Below are positions 45,596-54,394 of a stretch of 64,000 nt of DNA, in pieces. Every line of letters begins with the position of its first letter. Positions within the stretch are counted from its first letter, which is position 1. The stretch spans positions 50,230 through 114,229 of the forward strand of contig DATJXE010000004.1 of assembly GCA_035500505.1 (NCBI GenBank). Reading direction: 5' to 3'. Under the pieces are notes generated by a model. The model saw only the letters and a list, made by a program, of their open reading frames with translations, did not search any database and was not told the origin of the DNA. The position numbers and the translations under genes are program-made. This stretch comes from Minisyncoccota bacterium. Its GTDB lineage: Bacteria > Patescibacteriota > Minisyncoccia > Phycocordibacterales > UBA2100.

Positions 45596-47245
45596 ATGGC
45601 TCTTCGAGACCGCATCCAGCCTCTCATCAAGGGCGACTGCGCGGACGACGACGCGACACTTTCAAAATACAGCCGGGACACGAGCATTTTCGAGCGTCGG
45701 CCCGCACTGGTTGTTTTTCCCAAGGACGCGGACGACGTCGCGGCGGTCGTGAGGTTCGTGCACGATGCGAAACAGAGCGGCGAACATATTTCTTTGGCCG
45801 CGCGTTCGGCGGGCACCGACATGGGCGGCGGACCTTTGACCGATTCCATCGCGCTCGTGTTCACCAAATACATGAACCATATGGGAGAGATCGGCAAAGA
45901 CTTCGCCGCCGCCGAGCCGGGGGTCCTCTACCGCGATTTTGAAAAAGCCACGCTTGCGAAGCGAGGGATGCTACTTCCCTCCTACCCGGCTTCGCGCGAG
46001 CTGTGCGCTATTGGCGGTATTGTCGCCAACAACTCCGGCGGCGAGCTCACCCTGCGCTACGGCAAGACCAATCGATACATCCGCACGCTCGACGTCGTCC
46101 TCTCCGACGGCTCGCGCGCGACCTTCAGGCCGCTTTCGATGCACGAGCTGCCTGCCAAAGAGCGCGAGCAAACGCTCGAGGGGCATATTTACCGTGAGGT
46201 CCACAAACTCATCGACGCGCATCAGGCGGAGATAGCCGCGGCGCGACCGAACGTGACGAAGAATTCCGCCGGGTACGCGCTGTGGGACGTCGTGGACAGA
46301 ACGAAGCACACGTTCGACCTCACCCAGCTCATCTGCGGCTCCCAGGGCACGCTCGGTATCGTGACCTCGGCGACGCTCGATCTCGTGAGGACCAAGACGC
46401 ACCGCTCGATGCTCGTCATCTTTCTTTCCGACATCGAGGTGCTGCCGGATATCGTGCACCGCGTGATGCGCTACGGCCCCGAGAGCTTCGAAAGCTACGA
46501 CGATCAGACCTTCAAGCTGGCGGTGCGTTTCCTGCCGCAAATCCTCTCGCAGCTCGGCTTAAGGAAAATGCTCTCGCTCGGGCTGGCCTTCATTCCCGAA
46601 ATGTGGGCGGTGCTCACGGGCGGCGTGCCAAAGCTCGTCCTCATGGCCGAATTTGCCGAAGACACCGCCGACGAAGCACTGCAAAAGGCCGAGGAAGCTC
46701 GGGCGCTCCTCCACGGACTTCCGGTGCGCACCGAGATCGCGCGGACCGAAGCACAGTCGAAAAAATACTGGACGATACGACGCGAAAGCTTCTCGCTCCT
46801 GCGCAAGAACCTCCGCGGCCTCTACGCCTCTCCTTTCATCGACGACATCGTCGTGCACCCCGATGATTACCCCAAATTTATTCCCGAGTTGAACGCGCTC
46901 TTGTCGCGCCACCACCTGCTCTACACCATCGCGGGACACATCGGTGACGGTAACTTCCACATCATTCCGCTCATGAACCTGGCCGACCCGAAAATGCGCA
47001 AGGAAATATTGGAACTGCAGCCGCAAGTGTACGCGCTCGTCGCGAAGTTCCACGGCTCGACGACCGGCGAGCACAACGACGGCATCATTCGCACGCCCTA
47101 CCTCGGCATGATGTTCGGTGAAAAGATGGCGCAGTTCTTCGGCGACGTGAAAAAGATATTCGATCCGCTCGGCATTTTGAACCCTGGCAAGAAAACGGGC
47201 GGCACTATGCAGGACATCGAACGCAGCATGATACGGAACAAGTAG
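45596..47245 (+). CDS. FAD-linked oxidoreductase (GlcD/D-lactate dehydrogenase family)
   Basis: RSAGTDMGG, IGGIVANNSGG, GSQGTLG, GHIGDGNFH, GEHNDG, DPLGILNPGK. Confidence 0.9.
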   Translation: MALRDRIQPLIKGDCADDDATLSKYSRDTSIFERRPALVVFPKDADDVAAVVRFVHDAKQSGEHISLAARSAGTDMGGGPLTDSIALVFTKYMNHMGEIGKDFAAAEPGVLYRDFEKATLAKRGMLLPSYPASRELCAIGGIVANNSGGELTLRYGKTNRYIRTLDVVLSDGSRATFRPLSMHELPAKEREQTLEGHIYREVHKLIDAHQAEIAAARPNVTKNSAGYALWDVVDRTKHTFDLTQLICGSQGTLGIVTSATLDLVRTKTHRSMLVIFLSDIEVLPDIVHRVMRYGPESFESYDDQTFKLAVRFLPQILSQLGLRKMLSLGLAFIPEMWAVLTGGVPKLVLMAEFAEDTADEALQKAEEARALLHGLPVRTEIARTEAQSKKYWTIRRESFSLLRKNLRGLYASPFIDDIVVHPDDYPKFIPELNALLSRHHLLYTIAGHIGDGNFHIIPLMNLADPKMRKEILELQPQVYALVAKFHGSTTGEHNDGIIRTPYLGMMFGEKMAQFFGDVKKIFDPLGILNPGKKTGGTMQDIERSMIRNK

Positions 47246-47293
47246 GCGGCGCGGCACTATCACCGCCGATTTGTTCTGCTATACTGGAGAAAA

Positions 47294-47773
47294 ATGCCCA
47301 CCAGAAACGATACTTCGTTCTTGTTGCAGGTCGTGCAGCCGGGGCTCGCCGGCCTTATGGACGGCTCCGTCTCGACGCTCGCGCCCATATTCGCGGCGGC
47401 GTTCGCGACACGTGACGCGCACACCGCGTTCCTTATCGGCATGTCGGCAGCGATTGGTGCGGGCATTTCGATGGCGTTCGCCGAAGCGCTATCAGACACC
47501 GGCAAGGAAACGGGCCGAGGCCATCCCGCCTATCGCGGCTTCATCATCGGCGCAATGACGTTCGTCGGCGGCATTTTTCACACACTCCCCTTCCTCATCT
47601 CGAATTTCTATGCGGCGGTCACGCTCGCGTTCCTCGTCGTCGGCTGCGAACTCGTCGCGATCGCCTACATTCGCTATCACTTTTTCCACATGCGTTTTTG
47701 GCTTTCCGTTCTGCAAGTCATCATCGGCGGCGGGCTCGTTCTCGCGGCAGGTCTTTTGATCGGCGGAGCCTAG
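47294..47773 (+). CDS. VIT1/CCC1 family transporter (MbfA C-terminal-like)
   Basis: QPGLAGLMDGSVSTLAP, GISMAFAEALSD, HTLPFL. Confidence 0.85.
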   Translation: MPTRNDTSFLLQVVQPGLAGLMDGSVSTLAPIFAAAFATRDAHTAFLIGMSAAIGAGISMAFAEALSDTGKETGRGHPAYRGFIIGAMTFVGGIFHTLPFLISNFYAAVTLAFLVVGCELVAIAYIRYHFFHMRFWLSVLQVIIGGGLVLAAGLLIGGA

Positions 47774-48168
47774 GCGCGATGCCTTTCCGCTCCGCACCTG
47801 CAGCCGTGCGGCTTGATGAATTCGTCGAAATATTCCTGGCCGTAGTCGATGGTTATTTCCTCGCCCTGAAAGATATCGCGCAGCGCGTGGATGAGGATTT
47901 TCCCCTTTTGGACCTCGGCCTCGGCGTTGGGCACGCAGGCGTGATTGATCCAACGGGCGTGATTGTCCTGTCCTTCTCCGTCGATGGTCCACTTCGTATC
48001 GAGTTCGAACAGGTAGCGCCCTTTGGACGAATTGGCTTCTTTCGTCGGTATCTTTTTGCCCGTATATTCGAGGATGAAGTCCCCTTCCGCGATGGGTTCG
48101 CGTGCAAAAAGGCCCCACCCTATGCCCGGAGATTCGCGCACTTCGAAACGTGGGTCCATGGTTTGCAT
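47770..48168 (-). CDS. SET-domain protein
   Basis: GWGLFA, LEYTG, ARWINHAC.PN, EEITIDYG, post-SET CRCG. Confidence 0.9.
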   Translation of the reverse strand: MQTMDPRFEVRESPGIGWGLFAREPIAEGDFILEYTGKKIPTKEANSSKGRYLFELDTKWTIDGEGQDNHARWINHACVPNAEAEVQKGKILIHALRDIFQGEEITIDYGQEYFDEFIKPHGCRCGAERHRA

Positions 48169-48208
48169 ACCTCTTTTCGTGCCCTTAGTTTTAATGCATA
48201 CTGTCCCA

Positions 48209-49471
48209 ATGAACAAGCGAGAGCGGGTCTCCACGGAATCCTACAAGGGCGTTCGCGATTTCTATCCCCAAGATCAATTCCTGCAACGATACCTCTTCGA
48301 GCACATGGAGCGCGTGTGCGAGCTCTACGGTTACGAGGAATACAACGCGAGCGTGCTCGAACCCGCGGAACTCTACCGCGCCAAAACGAGCGAGGAGATC
48401 GTGAATGAGCAGACCTACACCTTCATCGATCGCGGCGGACGTGAAGTGACCCTTCGACCTGAGATGACGCCGACCCTCGCCCGCATGGTCGCGGCACGCA
48501 TCCGAGAGATCCCGCTGCCGGCCCGCTGGTACTGCATCGAGAACAATTTCCGCTACGACCGCATGCAGCGCGGCCGAGAGCGCGAGTTCTGGCAGCTCAA
48601 CGCTGACCTCATCGGAGCTGAAGGGGTCGAGGCGGATGCGGAAATTATCGCCATCGCGCACGGGGTCCTGCGCTCGCTCGGCGCCGACGAGCGGGATTTC
48701 GAGATCCGCGTTTCCGACCGACGCATCCTCGACTCGATCTATGCGTCCGTCGGGATCGCAAAAGAGTACACCGCCAACGTGACCCGCCTTCTCGACAAGC
48801 GCGCCAAGATAGATGATTTCGAAAAACAGTTGACCGACATGATCGCCCATGAGGAAAAGGCCGTACGGCTCATCGAAGAGCTCGAGCGCATTACGTCGAC
48901 GAAGTACCTCGAAGACCTGCGCGTCAAACTCGAACATATGGGAGTCGGCAACATGATAGTGGACACTTCCATCACGAGAGGGTTCGACTACTACACCGGC
49001 ATGATATTCGAGGTGTACGACACCAACGAAAAGAACTCCCGATCGCTTCTGGGCGGCGGCCGATACGACAACCTGCTTTCGATGTTCGGAGCAGAACCCA
49101 TACCCGCTGTCGGGTTCGCGATGGGTGATGTGACTGCCAAAGACTTCCTGCAAACGCACAACCTGCTGCCCGAATACGCGCCCGCAACGGAACTCATGGT
49201 CTGTATCGTCGCGGAGAGCGCGACGCAGCACGCGGTTGCTCTCGCACAGGACCTGCGCCGGCAGGACATCGCCGTCGCCGTCAACTTCTCCGGCAAGCGC
49301 ATCGGCGACCAGATAAAGGATGCGGATAAGATGAAAGTGCCGTTCGTCATCGTCGTCGGCGAGAAGGAGCGCGACTCCGGCCGCTACAGCTTGAAGAACC
49401 TCGAAACAGGCAACGAGGTCATCCTCCCCGCGGACAGGATCGCCGAGCACTTGTTCTCCGCCTTGGAATAA
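48209..49471 (+). CDS. hisS: Histidine--tRNA ligase
   Basis: KGVRDF, LRPEMT, RGREREFWQ, RGFDYYTG, GGGRYD. Confidence 0.95.
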   Translation: MNKRERVSTESYKGVRDFYPQDQFLQRYLFEHMERVCELYGYEEYNASVLEPAELYRAKTSEEIVNEQTYTFIDRGGREVTLRPEMTPTLARMVAARIREIPLPARWYCIENNFRYDRMQRGREREFWQLNADLIGAEGVEADAEIIAIAHGVLRSLGADERDFEIRVSDRRILDSIYASVGIAKEYTANVTRLLDKRAKIDDFEKQLTDMIAHEEKAVRLIEELERITSTKYLEDLRVKLEHMGVGNMIVDTSITRGFDYYTGMIFEVYDTNEKNSRSLLGGGRYDNLLSMFGAEPIPAVGFAMGDVTAKDFLQTHNLLPEYAPATELMVCIVAESATQHAVALAQDLRRQDIAVAVNFSGKRIGDQIKDADKMKVPFVIVVGEKERDSGRYSLKNLETGNEVILPADRIAEHLFSALE

Positions 49472-49472
49472 C

Positions 49473-50048
49473 ATGAGGATCGTCACGTTCGACATCGAAA
49501 CGGCGAATTGGTTCGCCGAGACGGGCGGGAATAATCCGGCCGATCTCGACATCGCGCTCGTCGGCGTTCACGACTCCGAAACGGATTCCTACACGAGCTA
49601 CCTCGAACCGGAGCTGCCGCAGCTCTGGCCCATCATCGAGCGCGCGGATATGCTCGTCGGCTACAACTCCGACCACTTCGACGTGCCGCTTTTGAACAAG
49701 TACTACCCCGGCGACCTCTCGCGCATCAAGTCGCTCGACCTCATGGTCGAGGTGTACGACGTGCTCGGCAGGCGGCTTAAACTCGACTCCATCGCCGAGG
49801 CGACGCTCGGTGTGAACAAGATAGGCAGCGGGTCGCAATCCCTCCAGTGGTGGCGCGCGGGCGACGTGGAGAAAGTGCGCGAATACTGCCTCAAGGACGT
49901 CGAGATAACCAAAAAGATATTCGATTACGCGCTCGAAAAAGGTTCCATCAAATACAAAGACCTCGGCAACCTGCGCGAAGTGAAGCTCGACACATCGAAA
50001 TGGCTGCAGCCCAAAAGCGGCGCAATGACGTTTTCGATGGGATTCTGA
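49473..50048 (+). CDS. RNase H-like DEDD 3'-5' exonuclease domain protein (YprB-like)
   Basis: FDIET, GYNSDHFD, LKLD, YCLKDV. Confidence 0.85.
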   Translation: MRIVTFDIETANWFAETGGNNPADLDIALVGVHDSETDSYTSYLEPELPQLWPIIERADMLVGYNSDHFDVPLLNKYYPGDLSRIKSLDLMVEVYDVLGRRLKLDSIAEATLGVNKIGSGSQSLQWWRAGDVEKVREYCLKDVEITKKIFDYALEKGSIKYKDLGNLREVKLDTSKWLQPKSGAMTFSMGF

Positions 50049-50057
50049 TTCTCTTTG

Positions 50058-50131
50058 TGCCCAGGGCCAGACTCGCACTGGCGACCCTTCGCTCTTCAGG
50101 CGAATGCTCTAACTAACTGAGCTACCTGGGC
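50058..50131 (-). tRNA. tRNA-Phe(GAA)
   Basis: Cloverleaf GCCCAGG/CCTGGGC, anticodon loop CTGAAGA; T-loop TGCGAGT. Confidence 0.88.
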
Positions 50132-50171
50132 TTCGCGAGCCACTTTATCATAAAGGGCCGTTCCCTTCACC

Positions 50172-50495
50172 TCATTGCGTTGTGGTAGAAGTCGGCGTCG
50201 AGCCGCCAAAGCGCGATTCGAACTGTTGGATGGCGTTTTCAAATCCTTGGAACTGGTTCTGCGCCTGAGAGTTCGTGCCTTCTATCTTGTTGATGGTCGC
50301 GAGCATCTGCTGCACGGCGGTATTGAGATAGGTAAAGTAGAACCAGATGGGAGCGGAAAGAAGCGCGGCGTAGATGATGAATCTGACGAACCCCCATAAA
50401 AACGCGCTTCGGCGCATGTGGTGCATCATCTGGTTGTTCTCCCGCGTCAGCCGCAAGATCTCCTGCAGCGTCTGGTCGTTGTTCGTCGGTTCCAT
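50172..50495 (-). CDS. Hypothetical single-TM protein
   Basis: L.RENN.M...MRR + TM pattern. Confidence 0.7.
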   Translation of the reverse strand: MEPTNNDQTLQEILRLTRENNQMMHHMRRSAFLWGFVRFIIYAALLSAPIWFYFTYLNTAVQQMLATINKIEGTNSQAQNQFQGFENAIQQFESRFGGSTPTSTTTQ

Positions 50496-50497
50496 GG

Positions 50498-50758
50498 TTA
50501 TTCTTTGAGGGAAATTCCGGTTCGTTTTGCGATTCTCTTTATCCAACGGTCATGTCGTGATGTTTGCTCTTTCACCGCCACGTATTCGAGAGTCAGCCTC
50601 TGGAAAGGAGTGATTAGGCCGTCGATAGCCTGGAGCATCTGCTCTTGAACGTCCCGCATTTCCTTTATTTCTTCCTTAACTTCTTTAAAGGAATCACGCA
50701 ACTCCATCTTGGTCGCGAAGACCGACAGAAGTTTGTTCATGTCTTTGTCCGTCAACAT
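50498..50758 (-). CDS. Hypothetical coiled-coil protein
   Basis: FATK..L..RHDRWIK.IA pattern; TACACT 6 nt upstream of ATG. Confidence 0.7.
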   Translation of the reverse strand: MLTDKDMNKLLSVFATKMELRDSFKEVKEEIKEMRDVQEQMLQAIDGLITPFQRLTLEYVAVKEQTSRHDRWIKRIAKRTGISLKE

Positions 50759-50783
50759 GAAAATAGTGTACCATGACGCGATT

Positions 50784-50855
50784 GCCCTCGTAGCTCAATG
50801 GATAGAGCAATCCCGTCCTAAGGGAGAGATGTGGGTTCGATTCCTGCCGAGGGCA
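50784..50855 (+). tRNA. tRNA-Arg(CCT)
   Basis: GCCCTCG/CGAGGGC acceptor stem, TAGCTCAATGGATAGAGC, CCT anticodon, GTTCGATT. Confidence 0.9.
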
Positions 50856-51104
50856 TCAAGCAGGCACGTTCAAGAGCTCTCGCAGACGGTCCTCGTCGAA
50901 TCCGACGACGAGTTCGCCGCCGACGTCGATGACCGGCACGCCCATCTGGCCGCTTTTCTGTATCATTTCTTGGCGCTTCGCCAAGTCGCTCGCGACGTTG
51001 TATTCGGTGAATGCGATATTGTGCTCGCCGAAGAACTCCTTTGCCGCATGACAAAAGTGACACGTCGGGGTCGAGTAAATGGTTACTGGTTTCTGATCTG
51101 CCAT
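50856..51104 (-). CDS. Glutaredoxin-like protein (NrdH/YruB family)
   Basis: YSTPTCHFC, SGQMGVPVI, GFD. Confidence 0.92.
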   Translation of the reverse strand: MADQKPVTIYSTPTCHFCHAAKEFFGEHNIAFTEYNVASDLAKRQEMIQKSGQMGVPVIDVGGELVVGFDEDRLRELLNVPA

Positions 51105-51136
51105 ACGAATTATTTTATTTTTATAACGCTAGTATA

Positions 51137-51724
51137 TCACGCGGAGTTCCGCGCCGTCTTCAAGGCTTTTCCCCACCACAGTAACTGCTCAAGCATCATC
51201 TTGGCAGCGCCCTCGAACTGCTCCAACACCCCGGGCTTGAAGGCGCCTTTTTCATCCATCATGGTCCACGGCGCCTGAATGTGAACTGCGGTCCGCACCG
51301 ATGCCATGTGTAATTCCACGGCCGTCTGTCGCAAGTGCTCGACCGAACGCGCTCCGCCCGCGCTGCCGTAGGCAACGAACGCAAGGGGCTTGTAGTTCCA
51401 TTCCGTGAACACGTGATCGAAGGAATTCTTCAAGACCGCCGGCACTCCGTGGTCGTATTCCGGAGCGATCACAATGAACGCATCGGCTTCTTTGATCTTG
51501 GCCGCCCACTTCTGGACGACCTCGTTGTTATATGCGCCATCCTTCACCTGGCTCGGCGTCGTCGCTTCGTCGTAAAACGGCATCGGATACTCGCGTAAGT
51601 CGAGCAGTTCGGCATCAAATGCGTCGTTCTTTTTGACTTGCTCCAGCACCCAGGGCGCGACCTTTTCACTTGTGCGATTGGGCCGAGTGGAACCGAGGAT
51701 AATTTTCACCTTAAGTTTGTCCAT
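51137..51724 (-). CDS. NADPH-dependent FMN reductase
   Basis: GSTRPNR, PEYDHG.PAVLKN, GGARSVEHLR. Confidence 0.92.
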   Translation of the reverse strand: MDKLKVKIILGSTRPNRTSEKVAPWVLEQVKKNDAFDAELLDLREYPMPFYDEATTPSQVKDGAYNNEVVQKWAAKIKEADAFIVIAPEYDHGVPAVLKNSFDHVFTEWNYKPLAFVAYGSAGGARSVEHLRQTAVELHMASVRTAVHIQAPWTMMDEKGAFKPGVLEQFEGAAKMMLEQLLWWGKALKTARNSA

Positions 51725-51767
51725 AATGATGATGGTGAGGTCTGTTAGAGGAACAGTGTACGGCATG

Positions 51768-51786
51768 CGCTTTACTTTGTAAAGCG
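51768..51786. promoter_or_regulatory. Palindromic operator between divergent FMN reductase and HxlR genes
   Basis: CGCTTTAC-TTT-GTAAAGCG. Confidence 0.6.
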
Positions 51787-51815
51787 GGCTGCGTCATGCT
51801 AGCATGTGGATATCT

Positions 51816-52121
51816 ATGAAAACGGCGGAAAAGCCCTGTCCGGTCGGCAAGGTAGTCGAATTGCTCGGCGATAATTGCTCTATTCTCATCGTCCGCGACC
51901 TTCTGGAGGGCCCGCGGCGCTTCGGCGAGCTCGAAACGTCACTCGGAAGCTCCTCCCGCACGCTCGCCAAGAAGCTGAAACTCCTCGAACATGAAAAAAT
52001 GGTGACGCGTAAGGAGTCCAAAGATGAACCCTCGTGCGTGAAATATCAACTCACCCGCAAAGGCGAGGCCTTCCACGGCGTCGTGGACGCGATGCGCGCG
52101 TATGGCAAGAAATATCTCTAG
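51816..52121 (+). CDS. HxlR family winged-HTH regulator
   Basis: CPV, GPRRFGEL, L.LLE..MVTR, YQLT.KG. Confidence 0.9.
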   Translation: MKTAEKPCPVGKVVELLGDNCSILIVRDLLEGPRRFGELETSLGSSSRTLAKKLKLLEHEKMVTRKESKDEPSCVKYQLTRKGEAFHGVVDAMRAYGKKYL

Positions 52122-52163
52122 CGCATATTTCTGCAGGGCACACACTTGGCGCGCGGAAGTGTG

Positions 52164-53183
52164 CTAGGTTTTGCGCACGATACAAAACGGCGTCATTTCG
52201 TCCGACTGCCCCATCGGGTTGTCGCGGAACAGTTTGCCGATGAAAGACTCGGTGATGGCCCCCGTCTTGCCGAGACTGAATGCGCCGCGATAGTTGGAAT
52301 CGAGGATGATCGTCTCACAGCCGAGACGCGCTTTGATTCGTTTCGCGTTGCCGCCGGGATCGAGCGGGGCAAGCTTCGCCGAGTGCGCGTATTCGAGGAT
52401 GAGGAACGACATCGGAAGGTCGACCGACTTGGCCTGGGTTCCGCATAGGTAGTAAAAAAGGCCACGAATGCCGAACGGGCGCGTTATCGCCGAAACGATG
52501 CCTGCGAACATGGCGCGGACATACCCTGCTTCTTCGATGAGCAATTGCATCGCGAGCGGCGTGCCGTGGCCGAAGCCGTGGAAATCGCTCGTGCCGTAGT
52601 AATTGCTTACGTTACGTGCAAAGAGATATGCGAGCCACGATGGCTGTATCTCGGCCATGTCGATGACCCTTCCCTGCGTGATGGTAAGGGCTTTCTCGCT
52701 CACGAAGAGCATGTCGCCAGGCTTCAGGTGCGGTCCTGCGAATTCCTCGATGATAGGCAGGATGTCCTTGTCCTTCATCGTGATGAGGCGCGATTTCACC
52801 AAGAGGCGGTCGTACTTCGTGCCATCAACCTCGATGGACTTATTAGCGGGCGCCGAAGAAGGTGTGTCGGGACGAGGGGCGCTCACCGAGGCAATTATCT
52901 GGGGAGAGATCTTCTCGCCACGGAACATGGCGAACAGGATGTCGACTGCACGACGTATTTCGACCGGAGTTTGCCTAAGCTTCGCGCGCGAACGCAACAA
53001 CTCCGTCGCTTCCATGTACAGAATATGTGCCTCGTCGATGCGTTTTACTGAAAAAGCTGCGGTGATGTCCGGTCCCTGCCCTATCGCTCCCAGTATGACG
53101 TTCCCTTTCTTATCAGGTGTGTACGTTATCGTGAGCCCGGTTTGGGCTTTCATCTCGTCATACATGAGCAGCCGTTCCGTCAT
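52164..53183 (-). CDS. CofE/F420-0:gamma-glutamyl ligase-like protein with N-terminal extension
   Basis: GD.LFVSEK...ITQGR, IILDSN, DNPMGQSDEMTP..IVR; alternative start 53189. Confidence 0.7.
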   Translation of the reverse strand: MTERLLMYDEMKAQTGLTITYTPDKKGNVILGAIGQGPDITAAFSVKRIDEAHILYMEATELLRSRAKLRQTPVEIRRAVDILFAMFRGEKISPQIIASVSAPRPDTPSSAPANKSIEVDGTKYDRLLVKSRLITMKDKDILPIIEEFAGPHLKPGDMLFVSEKALTITQGRVIDMAEIQPSWLAYLFARNVSNYYGTSDFHGFGHGTPLAMQLLIEEAGYVRAMFAGIVSAITRPFGIRGLFYYLCGTQAKSVDLPMSFLILEYAHSAKLAPLDPGGNAKRIKARLGCETIILDSNYRGAFSLGKTGAITESFIGKLFRDNPMGQSDEMTPFCIVRKT

Positions 53184-53203
53184 GCGCATGAGAATACCAC
53201 AGA

Positions 53204-53274
53204 TGCGGGTACGGGGAATCGAACCCCGATCTAATGCTTGGGAAGCATTCGTTCTGCCACTAAACTATACCCGC
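53204..53274 (-). tRNA. tRNA-Gly(CCC)
   Basis: GCGGGTA/TACCCGC acceptor, loop TTCCCAA, GGTTCGATTCC. Confidence 0.92.
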
Positions 53275-53304
53275 CTTCGCTAAAGCTTCGGCGGGCAGGC
53301 CCGC
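53270..53304. repeat. Short hairpin element flanked by CCCGC direct repeats at the tRNA-Gly 5' end
   Basis: CCCGC-CTTCGCTAAAGCTTCGGCGGGCAGG-CCCGC. Confidence 0.55.
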
Positions 53305-53345
53305 TCCAACTTCGCGTTCTGTAAATCTACCAAAGCTTGTCGCTT

Positions 53346-53717
53346 TTACCACCACGAAAACGCCTTCTTGAGCTTGTCCAAAAAGCTCTGCGGCTGGGGA
53401 GGAGGCGTAGTTGAGGAATCGACGATGACTATCATGTCCTCGCCCTGCTTCCCCACCGCGTACTGCTGTCGGAGCGCGGCCTCCTTGCCGCGCTCGCTCT
53501 GCAATTCGGTGATGTTTCCCTGCAACTGCGATTCCTGGGACGAAAGGTCCGCGAGCGCGGCTTGCGACTCTCGGTTGAGCGCGGACGACTGTTTCTCCTT
53601 CTGCCAGGAGTTCCACACGCCCGCGCCGACGAACACGACCAGCACGAACAGCCCGAAAAGCCTGAGGCGCCGCCACAGGAGGCGCGTCGGATCGTTCCTT
53701 GGCCGTATTGCCATCAT
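53346..53717 (-). CDS. Septum formation initiator (FtsB/DivIC-like)
   Basis: TM + coiled coil + E..LR..Y.VGK.GE.MIVIV. Confidence 0.75.
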   Translation of the reverse strand: MMAIRPRNDPTRLLWRRLRLFGLFVLVVFVGAGVWNSWQKEKQSSALNRESQAALADLSSQESQLQGNITELQSERGKEAALRQQYAVGKQGEDMIVIVDSSTTPPPQPQSFLDKLKKAFSWW

Positions 53718-53737
53718 TAGGTATACTCTAGCACTAT

Positions 53738-53866
53738 ATGAGTTTCCTGTTCCACAAACGCACGAGGAAGGTAGCGAACATCGTTTGGGGCGTCATCGCC
53801 GTCCTGGTCATCCTGGGCATGGTCATTTTCTTCGCCCCAGGCCTCACGAATTTGTTGACGCAGTAG
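53738..53866 (+). CDS. 42-aa single-TM small protein (absent from the ORF track)
   Basis: MSFLFHKRTRKVANIVWGVIAVLVILGMVIFFAPGLTNLLTQ; TATACT upstream. Confidence 0.65.
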   Translation: MSFLFHKRTRKVANIVWGVIAVLVILGMVIFFAPGLTNLLTQ

Positions 53867-53908
53867 GGCTTTGAAACTTTCCTGGAAATTTGAATGGTGT
53901 TGGAGCAG

Positions 53909-54313
53909 TTACTCATCTTTTTCTGGAAATTCAGCTTTCGCATCTAAAGTGCGTCGAAATCGTATAAGATCCTGACGAGAAGCTTCTAACCTTTCTAATG
54001 TTTCGATGATCTGCTCTCTTCCTCTCTCATCCTCACTTACTATATTCTGGACACTGTCCAATCTCTCTTTTATATCTTGCCGTGTGACCGACCCCGCAAG
54101 CTGAGACTCAAGTTCAGCCAATGTGCGTTTCCATTCAGCGAGGCTCAAATCTTTCCGTTTGAGGGCATCGTTGTATTCAGTAATCCACAGGTCGTTTTGT
54201 TTTATATATCTCGTTATTCGGGATTTATGTTGTGTCAGTGATTCGTTTTCGCGACGGGAGTAAGGTAATTCCATCGGAAGGATTTTCTTTTCTCCAGACT
54301 CACCTTCAGGCAT
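53909..54313 (-). CDS. Hypothetical coiled-coil protein in an AT-richer segment
   Basis: Charged helical ORF; local composition visibly more AT-rich. Confidence 0.55.
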   Translation of the reverse strand: MPEGESGEKKILPMELPYSRRENESLTQHKSRITRYIKQNDLWITEYNDALKRKDLSLAEWKRTLAELESQLAGSVTRQDIKERLDSVQNIVSEDERGREQIIETLERLEASRQDLIRFRRTLDAKAEFPEKDE

Positions 54314-54394
54314 ACATTCACTATACCAAACCAACAGAGCTTGAATCCTGCCAACCACAGATATGCTATTAACTCTTCTGGATTGTTGACTTTC

